From an uncultured Planctomycetaceae bacterium (GTDB lineage: Bacteria > Planctomycetota > UBA8742 > UBA2392 > JABWBM01): 64,000 bases of DNA. Position numbers and translations under genes: made by a program. Shown in pieces: positions 56,647 to 64,000 of this stretch. The notes beneath the pieces are model-generated. The model saw nothing but the letters and a program-made list of their open reading frames with translations. It was not told where the DNA came from and did no database searches. The DNA lies in assembly GCA_964548115.1 (NCBI GenBank), contig CAZJPQ010000003.1:490-64489 (forward strand), given 5' to 3'. The stretch's first letter is position 1, and each line of letters begins with the position of its first letter.

Positions 56647-57921
56647 TCAGGCATCTTTGTTTTTGCGTAACAAAGGTCGGGCGGGAATTCCAACCACCGT
56701 TTCACCTTCAGAGACATCTCGTCCTTTTGGCACAACGGTATTGGCCCCTGTTACGCCTCCCTTGCCCACTTTCACGGGCGCAACTAATACGGTGCCACAG
56801 CCGATAAAAGCATTCTCTCCAATAACCGTTCGATGCTTTTCCTCTCCGTTGTAATTTGCCGTGATAGCACCTGCTCCAATATTCGCATGAGCCCCAACTT
56901 CAACATCTCCAAGATATGCCATATGGCCCGCTTTTGCTCCAGCCAGAAAGTGAGCATTTTTAAGCTCAACAAAAGCCCCAGCTTTAGCACCATCCTCAAG
57001 CTTAGTCCCTCTACGCAGATGGGCAAAAGGACCAATTTCACAGCCCTCTCCGATAACAACCCCTGAACGAATGCAGCTAAAAGGTCGGATGATGGTATCC
57101 TGACCGATTCTCACATCAGCATCAATGTAGGTTGTAGCCGGATCAACCAAAGTAACCCCTTGATTTTCAAGCAAATCAAGCATAATCCAACCCCGAGCAA
57201 TAGCATCAGCAAGCGCCAAATCTCTACGAGTGTTCACCCCCACGACCTCTTGGGCTTCAGCAACAAGAGTCGAACCAACACTCTGCTCTTTTAAGAAAAA
57301 AGCTTGAATAATATCGGTGAGATAATACTCCTTTTGAACATTATCAGCTTTAATCGCTTCTAAAGTTTCAAAAAGAGCTTGAGCTCGGAAGAGATAGGTC
57401 CCCGTATTGCATTCTCGTATTTCTCGAAGCTCTGGTAAGCAATCTTTCTCTTCAACAATCTGTCGCAAATTTCCTTCGGCATCACGAATGATTCGTCCAT
57501 AGCCCGTAGGATCCTGGTAATGCGCCGTCAAAACCGAAGCAATGCTGCCCGAACTTATAAAATCAGCATAAAACGTTTCCAGCGTTTGAACACGTAATAA
57601 AGGAACGTCTCCACAAAGAACGCAAAGCGCTCCCTGGAAATCTTTCAAGAAAGGTTGTGTTTGTTGTAATGCGTGGGCTGTTCCGAGCTGTTCTGTCTGC
57701 TCTACAAAGCTGAGACGAGGAAAGTCTTTGTACTTTTCGCGAATCTTGTCTGATTGATGACCAACAACACAGAAAATCTCGGCAGGATCAAGACTTAAAG
57801 CTTGATCCAACACGTAGCTTAGAATCGGCTTGCCAGCAACCTCATGAAGCGTCTTAGGAAGACGACTCTTCATTCTCGTTGACTTGCCAGCAGCCAGAAT
57901 AACAACTTTCAGCTCGGTCAT
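56647..57921 (-). CDS. glmU: Bifunctional UDP-N-acetylglucosamine pyrophosphorylase / glucosamine-1-phosphate N-acetyltransferase
   Basis: ATG at 57921 (MTELKVVILAAGKSTRMKS) preferred over the track's TTG at 57990. C-terminal left-handed beta-helix hexapeptide repeats. Confidence 0.92.
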   Translation of the reverse strand: MTELKVVILAAGKSTRMKSRLPKTLHEVAGKPILSYVLDQALSLDPAEIFCVVGHQSDKIREKYKDFPRLSFVEQTEQLGTAHALQQTQPFLKDFQGALCVLCGDVPLLRVQTLETFYADFISSGSIASVLTAHYQDPTGYGRIIRDAEGNLRQIVEEKDCLPELREIRECNTGTYLFRAQALFETLEAIKADNVQKEYYLTDIIQAFFLKEQSVGSTLVAEAQEVVGVNTRRDLALADAIARGWIMLDLLENQGVTLVDPATTYIDADVRIGQDTIIRPFSCIRSGVVIGEGCEIGPFAHLRRGTKLEDGAKAGAFVELKNAHFLAGAKAGHMAYLGDVEVGAHANIGAGAITANYNGEEKHRTVIGENAFIGCGTVLVAPVKVGKGGVTGANTVVPKGRDVSEGETVVGIPARPLLRKNKDA

Positions 57922-58155
57922 GGCGCTTTCTTGAGAGCATTCGCCACGGAGCAAAGATCTTTTATCCCTGCCCGCTGAAGCACAGTACAATGGCTTCGAT
58001 GCAACTATAAAATAAATATTAAAATAAATATTTCAGCTTTATAAAAAGCTGACTCCCTCTTTTTCGAAGGGGCGACAATTCTACTACTTTCACAATCAAG
58101 CACAAGCCTTAATATCAATTATCATATTAAAAAGCCTGCTGGAGAACCTTCACGT

Positions 58156-58818
58156 TTAAAGCGATATATCAACATTAAAGTGAAAGGGAGAACGCGGGTA
58201 ATAAGCAATTTTCTCCGAAAGTACCCCATTTGCGATCTGTTTCGAAATAAAGACCTTGGCATCAGCCTTTGATTTAAAACGGTAGTCCTTAAGCTCTCCC
58301 CCTTCTTGGAGCAGTACCAGGTGAAGAGGAAACTTTTCAAATGAAACATAGAGTTTATCCGCCTTACGACGTCCTCTTTGCGCACTTGCTTTTCCACGTC
58401 GATCTCCGCGCACCTTGCTGGGGCGACCAACCTTGCGACGAGGTGTAAGAGCAGCAACACTCTCTACTTTTGTAACTTCTAGAGCCGCTGCTTTTCCTCG
58501 CCGCCCCTTCTTAGCTCCTTTTTTAACAGCTTTCTTCGTCACCTTTCTGGCGACCTTCTTTCTCCCTGGCTTTTTGCGTACAGCCTTCTTAGCAGGAGCT
58601 TCGACCACTGCAAGTCTGGTACTTTTGCCTCCAGAATATTTAAAAACATCAGGAGCAACTTTATCGTACTGATTACTCTTGTAGGCATCGCGAAGTTTTT
58701 TAATCGTAGTAAAGCTCAGACCGTGCTGAAACTTCCTCTTAAACTCTTCGATAATTTTGCGTTGAGGATAATCAACATCCTTTTTCAAAAGTGATTTAAA
58801 AAATGTTTCCTTCTTCAT
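58156..58818 (-). CDS. Lysine/arginine-rich DNA-binding protein with an AT-hook and globular N- and C-terminal domains (second nucleoid/histone-like protein)
   Basis: GGAAGAAAGGGA RBS. Central AKKAVRKKPGRKKVARKVTKKAVKKGAKKGRRGK. AT-hook PRRKVGRPSKVRG. Structured ends (~70 aa each). Confidence 0.7.
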   Translation of the reverse strand: MKKETFFKSLLKKDVDYPQRKIIEEFKRKFQHGLSFTTIKKLRDAYKSNQYDKVAPDVFKYSGGKSTRLAVVEAPAKKAVRKKPGRKKVARKVTKKAVKKGAKKGRRGKAAALEVTKVESVAALTPRRKVGRPSKVRGDRRGKASAQRGRRKADKLYVSFEKFPLHLVLLQEGGELKDYRFKSKADAKVFISKQIANGVLSEKIAYYPRSPFHFNVDISL

Positions 58819-59167
58819 GCTTCCCTTTCTTCCACTCCGGATTAATCATCAACTCCACAAAAAAATACTCTTAAAAAAAATAAAGCCCCCTCTAACACAA
58901 CACTTACCATAAAACCTATAATGATAGCTGTAAAGAAGCTGGTTGGAGCCCGCTCTCTCTTGCCATCTGATCTTTATACAGCATGGTAAGGTCTCTGCCT
59001 TATGTTTTTTGCGAATCAGCCTTGGTTTGCTTTCCTTAAAGCACTACAATTACTTTTGATAAAAATAATATATCTTTTGAATTCTGTTTGATTTTGATAC
59101 GAACACCTTTCAAAAGTTTCACCTTTATAAGCTCTTTTATTTATCATCAAAACCCGGAGCCTCTCCC

Positions 59168-61438
59168 ATGAACCCTGATAATGGACAATCTATTCCTGAA
59201 CATGAAATTGTAAATTTCATCATGAATTCAACTCAAGCTCGTTATCAAAAGCTCAGCTGGCAGGGAAGCTTTTTTGAGTATCTGGAGCGGGTTTCTGCTG
59301 CCCCCTACAAACAAACTCGAACGGCCTACCAGCTTATTCGTGATATGATCTCTCACTTTGGAACGCAAACTTACGAGGATAACGGCGAAGAAGTAAAACG
59401 CTATCAACTCTTTGATGATCCTTTTCGAAATGGCAAGAATGCAATTTATGGTCTTGAGCGTAACATCCATAAGCTCGTGCGTTTCTTTGACACGTGTGCT
59501 GAGGAACAAGGCAAAGAACGTATCGTCATCCTCCATGGTCCTGTCGGTACTGCAAAAACATCTTTGATTGACATGTTAGCTTCGGGGCTTGAAGCTTATA
59601 CCGCTTCTCCAGAAGGTGAGAGCTATACTTTTTCCTGGCGCTTTGGCAAAGATTTTCGTTCTGATGGTTCTGGCAGCATGGGGTTTGGAGGAAACGCTCA
59701 AGGTGATTATGCAGGCATTCACCAACCCGTAGCCCTTTTGCCAAGCCAGTTAAACCAGCACCCTTTACTTCTGGTCCCAAAAGAAGAGCGCCGTGAGCTG
59801 CTCACAAAGATCTTTCAAAGCGCCGGCATTGCAGATAAACACCCAATTCCTTTTAAGCTTTTAGAAGGTGAGCTCGACTATAACTCAAAACAAATTTACA
59901 ACTTTCTGATTCGCAAGTACGAAGGCAACTGGCGAAAAGTCATGGAGCATATCCTTGTGCAACGCATTCAGTTCAGTGAATTCGCAGGAGTTGGTATTGC
60001 CAAAGTATCTCCTGAAAGCAATCAGCCCACCCATGCTCAACCCGTCACGCTGGATGAGAATTATCATTTCATCTCAAATTTAATCGGCTCAATTAATCTT
60101 ATGCGCTACTCTGGAAAATATGTCCACGCTAACCGTGGCATTATTCACTACTCTGATATCTTTAAAAAACCAGCCCACGCAATGCAGCATTTACTTGGAG
60201 CAATTGAAGAACACCGGCTTGACTTCGGAGAAACCACGTGCAACATTGATTGCGTTATTATTGGAACCAGCAATATCCATGAATATTTAGCCCTACGGCA
60301 GGATCCCATTTCAAAAGCATTGCGATCACGCATCCGCAAGTTTGATATTCCCTATATGCGCAACTACCGTAATGAAGAAAAAATCTATAAGCGCGAACTG
60401 CGCCAGTTAAAAAAGAAAATCAAGATTGCTCCTCATACCACAAGTTTAGCTGCCCGCTGGGCTGTTATGACACGCCTGACTCCAACTCAACTCTTCAAGC
60501 ATCAAGAATTCGACAGTGAAGCCCAAGCCGTATTAAAGAAAATAACACCTGCTATGAAAATGTTCCTTTATGCCGGGGAATATCCTGATGAACTTGATAG
60601 CAAAGAGCGCCAGAAATTAAACCGGGCGGTGCGCCGCAGACTCTTCCTTGAAAATAAATACGAGGGCATGAACGGGGTACCCACAAGGGCTTTGCAAAAC
60701 CTTTTTGCAGACCTTTCTGAAGATGAAACCGTCGACTGCTTTACTCCTTTTCAAGTCTTTGACCTGATCGACCAGGTCATTCAACAGGGACCGGAAAACC
60801 ATGACTTTCTTGCCCTTGAGCCAGAGGAGCAATGGTTTCATCCTCAAGCATTCCTTACTCTTTTACGCCAGGGATATGACCATACCTTACGTCAAGAAAT
60901 TGAAAGCTCTGTTCTTGACCTTGACATGGATACGTTTACCAAAACAGTTCGAAACTACCTTAAACATATTACGGCCTATAATAAGAAGGAGCTTGTTCAC
61001 AACCCGATCAAAGACCAAAATGAACCACCCAGTGAGACCCTGATGGGTCGAGTTGAAAATGCTATGAAAGTGCCCGAGAATGATCGCAAGGAGTTTCGTT
61101 TCAAAATGCTTAATCGAGCATCAAGTGCTGCTGAGCCAGGAAAAATTCTGAATATTCAAGAGCTTTACCATGACATCTTCACTGCCCTTGTTCAAAACCT
61201 CTTCGAAGAAAAACGTGATAGCATTCTTTGGACTGATATTGAGAAAATCCTGACCCGCTGCAAAAACGAAGAAGCTTTTCAAAAGTTCATTGCACAAGAA
61301 GAAGACAAGAAGTATCACGAAACAAAAACACTGCTTAAAAACCTTCAGCAGAACTTTGGCTATGCCTACCCTTGCGCCCGAGTAGCAGTGCTTTATTACA
61401 TTCGATCGCTACTACCAGAAACCGATAAAAAACCATAA
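59168..61438 (+). CDS. prkA: PrkA-family serine protein kinase (AAA+ N-terminal domain)
   Basis: Walker A LHGPVGTAKTSLIDMLA. Conserved PrkA central and C-terminal regions. 756 aa. Confidence 0.88.
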   Translation: MNPDNGQSIPEHEIVNFIMNSTQARYQKLSWQGSFFEYLERVSAAPYKQTRTAYQLIRDMISHFGTQTYEDNGEEVKRYQLFDDPFRNGKNAIYGLERNIHKLVRFFDTCAEEQGKERIVILHGPVGTAKTSLIDMLASGLEAYTASPEGESYTFSWRFGKDFRSDGSGSMGFGGNAQGDYAGIHQPVALLPSQLNQHPLLLVPKEERRELLTKIFQSAGIADKHPIPFKLLEGELDYNSKQIYNFLIRKYEGNWRKVMEHILVQRIQFSEFAGVGIAKVSPESNQPTHAQPVTLDENYHFISNLIGSINLMRYSGKYVHANRGIIHYSDIFKKPAHAMQHLLGAIEEHRLDFGETTCNIDCVIIGTSNIHEYLALRQDPISKALRSRIRKFDIPYMRNYRNEEKIYKRELRQLKKKIKIAPHTTSLAARWAVMTRLTPTQLFKHQEFDSEAQAVLKKITPAMKMFLYAGEYPDELDSKERQKLNRAVRRRLFLENKYEGMNGVPTRALQNLFADLSEDETVDCFTPFQVFDLIDQVIQQGPENHDFLALEPEEQWFHPQAFLTLLRQGYDHTLRQEIESSVLDLDMDTFTKTVRNYLKHITAYNKKELVHNPIKDQNEPPSETLMGRVENAMKVPENDRKEFRFKMLNRASSAAEPGKILNIQELYHDIFTALVQNLFEEKRDSILWTDIEKILTRCKNEEAFQKFIAQEEDKKYHETKTLLKNLQQNFGYAYPCARVAVLYYIRSLLPETDKKP

Positions 61439-61566
61439 CCGGCACCTTCAATACTTCTTTTCAAGAACCTCTAGTGGCACAAGACTTTTCAAATTCAACA
61501 CAATTTCAAGGCTAACATTCAAAAGGGTTTACAATAAAACGATGGCCTTCATCCTTTGCCACTGGC

Positions 61567-62130
61567 TTATTCCACTGGAACCAGCACTCCTTCGTGAAGC
61601 CTATAATGCTCTCCACTCTCCGGACAACAAAGATCATCCCCTAATACACGCCCCAAACGAGAAACCCAACCCAAAAGTCGAGCTGGCACCCCAACCATTA
61701 AAGCATAAGCTGGTACATCCTTTGTTATAACGGCTCCCGCAGCAACAAAAGCATACTCTCCAATAGTATGACCACAAAGGATGGTACTGTTTGCTCCTAG
61801 ACTTGCTCCACGTTTAACGCGTGTTGGCAAGAATTCCTCTTTACGCTCAACAAAAGCCCGAGGCGTATGAACATTGGTAAAGACCATAGAAGGACCACAA
61901 AACACCTGGTCTTCAAGAATGACACCATTATAAAGAGAAACATTATTTTGAATTTTGCAGCCCGCACCAACTTCAACCCCACCAGCAACAAAACAGTTTT
62001 GGCCCAGGATGCTTCCTCTGCCGATACGAGTATCACCCATCACATGACAAAAATGCCAGATTTTAACATCATCTTCCAACACGGCTCCCTGATCAATAAT
62101 CGCGCTGGGGTGAATATAAGGCTCTGCCAT
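61567..62130 (-). CDS. Hexapeptide-repeat N-acetyltransferase, WbpD/WlbB-like (UDP-2-acetamido-3-amino-2,3-dideoxy-glucuronate N-acetyltransferase family)
   Basis: PYIHPSAIIDQGAVLEDDVKIWHFCHV ... CKIQNNVSLYNGVILEDQVFCGPSMVFTNV ... LGANSTILCG ... YALMVGVPAR closely tracks my recollection of the WbpD sequence. ATG at 62130 preferred over the track's TTG at 62157. Confidence 0.8.
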   Translation of the reverse strand: MAEPYIHPSAIIDQGAVLEDDVKIWHFCHVMGDTRIGRGSILGQNCFVAGGVEVGAGCKIQNNVSLYNGVILEDQVFCGPSMVFTNVHTPRAFVERKEEFLPTRVKRGASLGANSTILCGHTIGEYAFVAAGAVITKDVPAYALMVGVPARLLGWVSRLGRVLGDDLCCPESGEHYRLHEGVLVPVE

Positions 62131-62182
62131 AGCAATACCTTTCTCTTCAAGTTTCAAACTTAATATACTGTCTCACTGCAAT

Positions 62183-63478
62183 TCAGCCCTGCTTAGCCTC
62201 AAGAAGAACATCAAAAGTTCTTGCTAATTGAGAGCAAAGCGCCTTACGCTCAAAACGCTTCAAACCTGCTTCTACTCTTTTCTTTCCAAGTTCGGACGCC
62301 TCCCTGCTTCCTTTTTCCCATTCTTGATAGCAGGCTCGAATTGCCTCGGCACACCCCTTAATATCTCCCGGCTCAACCACATAACCAGCATCAAACTCCT
62401 GAACCAGCTCTGCAATCTCACCCCCTAAGGGAACAACGGCTAGAATCGGAACCCCTGAGCGCAGGTATTCAAAAATCTTGCCGCCTGGAACCCGAAGAGC
62501 TTCTGGGTTGTCATCTAAAAAGACCCCAGCCATATCAGCGCTGCGTAATGCTCTAAGAGCATCCTGATGACTTTGGTATCCTAACAAACACACTTCTTTT
62601 TCAAGTCCTAACTGCAAACGCAACGCCTGGTACTCCTCACTCAAAGCTCCAATATGCTCAAAACGAATGTTAAAGGTTTTTCCTTCTGCTTGAAACTCCT
62701 GCTTCAGCTGCGCTAAAGCCTGCCAACACGTTCGAGGACAAACATAAGCATAAAGCATCCCAATAAAACGTAAGCAAAAGAAAAGCTTCTCTCTCTCTCT
62801 GCTTTGAGCAATAGCTTTATCTTTAAAATCTGCCTCATCATAGCCATTATAAAGTGCCTGAAAAAAAGCCTCTGGTTTATTGGGATAGCGCTCTAGAAAC
62901 TTTTGGCGAATTCCTTCTGATACAGATATCACTTTTGATGCTCCTTCTATACACTTTCTCTCAAAAGCTTCAATCTGGTCCTGTTCTTGTTTGCTCCTCT
63001 GGTCCTTTAAAAAAGGGTGGTTAGCCCATTCATCCCGAAAGTCAAATACAAGAGGAATATCCTGCCCCTGGGTAAGCTTGAGAACCGATAAGAAAGTACT
63101 GAATGGAGCAGCGCTGACAAAAATCAAATCGCTTTGAGGCAGCTTTGGTTTCAAGACTTTCAAGAGCTTCTCACTCCAAGCCTCTTGGCTGTCAAGCTGA
63201 TTGCTTTGAAAAACCCTCTCAAAGAATTGAGGGAAAAACCGACGTCCTATTCTTTGCAACAAGCTTTCTCGTGGGTCTTTGATACGAACCACTCGTATGC
63301 TTGCTGGCACTTCAAGCAAGCCCGCCTGATCATGAAAAGCTGTCTTGGCATCTGCAACACTGACAACTTCTGGCTGCCAGCCAAAGTCTGGCAGGTACTT
63401 CACGTATTTCAGAGAGCGCTGCGTTCCCCCACTGGCAAGCGGAGGAAAGTGATAAGCTATAAAGAGTACCCGTTTCAT
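62183..63478 (-). CDS. GT4-like glycosyltransferase
   Basis: ATG start. N-terminal IAYHFPPLASGGTQRS. Conserved GT-B fold segments. Start codon abuts the stop of the upstream oxidoreductase gene. Confidence 0.75.
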   Translation of the reverse strand: MKRVLFIAYHFPPLASGGTQRSLKYVKYLPDFGWQPEVVSVADAKTAFHDQAGLLEVPASIRVVRIKDPRESLLQRIGRRFFPQFFERVFQSNQLDSQEAWSEKLLKVLKPKLPQSDLIFVSAAPFSTFLSVLKLTQGQDIPLVFDFRDEWANHPFLKDQRSKQEQDQIEAFERKCIEGASKVISVSEGIRQKFLERYPNKPEAFFQALYNGYDEADFKDKAIAQSREREKLFFCLRFIGMLYAYVCPRTCWQALAQLKQEFQAEGKTFNIRFEHIGALSEEYQALRLQLGLEKEVCLLGYQSHQDALRALRSADMAGVFLDDNPEALRVPGGKIFEYLRSGVPILAVVPLGGEIAELVQEFDAGYVVEPGDIKGCAEAIRACYQEWEKGSREASELGKKRVEAGLKRFERKALCSQLARTFDVLLEAKQG

Positions 63479-63480
63479 GG

Positions 63481-64000
63481 TTACACTCGAATACTCCTGT
63501 TATGCTTCAAATCTTTAGAAAGCTCCTCTAACGCTTCGACCACTGCTAAGCCACTTTGGATACTGCTTCGGGGAGTTTGCCCAGATGTTAATGCTTCCAA
63601 AAAATCTTTGGCTTCAAGTTTCAAAGGTTCGGTCATGGCAATGTCTGGAGCATAGACCTCTCCGGAACGCACACTCAAAGCAGCCATAAACCCCTGATAA
63701 TCGTCTTCTCTCCGCTTCTGCACGCTTTTATCGTAAATACGCAATTTTTCACGGGGTTGCATATCGTCAAAAACGAGCATCTTCTCTTCGCCTACAACTA
63801 CAAGCTCTCGGCGCTTATCAGGATCAAGCCAGGAGAAATGAAAATGTGCACTCAACCCCCCTTCATACAGGAGCTGAGCAAAGACCACGTCCTCAAGCTC
63901 TTCTGCTTTATCAATACATATGATACCGCTTGCTCTTGCCCGTTCCAGCTTTGGATAATCGAGCAAATAATTGACCATCGAAAGATCATGAGGCCCCAAG
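63481..64000 (-). CDS. Gfo/Idh/MocA-family oxidoreductase (WbpB-like sugar-nucleotide dehydrogenase candidate), 5'-partial: N-terminal Rossmann domain lies beyond the window edge
   Basis: Only the C-terminal alpha/beta dimerisation domain is visible, in frame to position 64000 with no plausible start. Operonic with the GT4 and WbpD-like genes. Confidence 0.7.
   Translation of the reverse strand, partial: LGPHDLSMVNYLLDYPKLERARASGIICIDKAEELEDVVFAQLLYEGGLSAHFHFSWLDPDKRRELVVVGEEKMLVFDDMQPREKLRIYDKSVQKRREDDYQGFMAALSVRSGEVYAPDIAMTEPLKLEAKDFLEALTSGQTPRSSIQSGLAVVEALEELSKDLKHNRSIRV

Noticed and set aside
1-64000. Search for tRNA/tmRNA/rRNA genes, IS elements, integrases, phage structural genes and toxin-antitoxin pairs
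   Set aside because: No T-loop-like GTTCGAATC/GTTCAAATC motifs in intergenic DNA. No transposase/integrase/recombinase-like ORFs. No inverted-repeat-bounded insertions. The window appears to be core chromosome.

Overview
The window reads as a chromosomal, largely housekeeping segment from a Gram-negative-type bacterium. I infer this from lipobox lipoproteins, a BamB-like PQQ beta-propeller, an HtpX protease and MYXO-CTERM-like sorting signals, which together suggest a Deltaproteobacteria/Bdellovibrionota-like organism; the lineage cannot be fixed from sequence alone. GC is moderate, roughly mid-40s percent. Conserved backbone genes are pheT, crotonase, M1 aminopeptidase, nadC, ltaE, gdh, bioA, a CBS-type cystathionine beta-synthase, atpG, typA, lipA, leuS, htpX, trxB and a DAACS transporter. 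There is also a PfkB kinase, the rpsF-ssb-rpsR-rplI and glmU-prs-rplY(ctc)-pth blocks, and prkA. I found no rRNA, tRNA, CRISPR array, transposase, integrase or phage genes. Four stretches look accessory. At 1-3.8 kb a cytochrome P460-like lipoprotein sits next to an SGNH-like/PhyH-like fusion protein and a GT4 glycosyltransferase. At 25.2-30.9 kb a 790-bp ORF-free leader precedes a 1621-aa PQQ/Fn3/PKD surface protein with a Cys-containing C-terminal sorting signal. At 35.5-45.3 kb a TPR protein carrying an embedded C39-like cysteine peptidase is followed by two unknown envelope proteins, htpX, a Maf-like DUF115 protein and a SPASM-domain protein whose radical-SAM CxxxCxxC motif is missing. At 61.5-64 kb a WbpD-like acetyltransferase, a GT4 and a WbpB-like oxidoreductase form a sugar-modification locus that runs off the window edge. 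Two lysine-rich nucleoid-type proteins are also present: an H1/Hc1-like KKVAKKK-repeat protein and a second protein carrying an AT-hook. My best candidate for an undescribed system is the Maf-like/SPASM pair at 41.7-45.3 kb. The TPR-C39 cluster and the SGNH-PhyH/GT4 pair are secondary candidates. I could not tie any of these to a known defence or mobile system.
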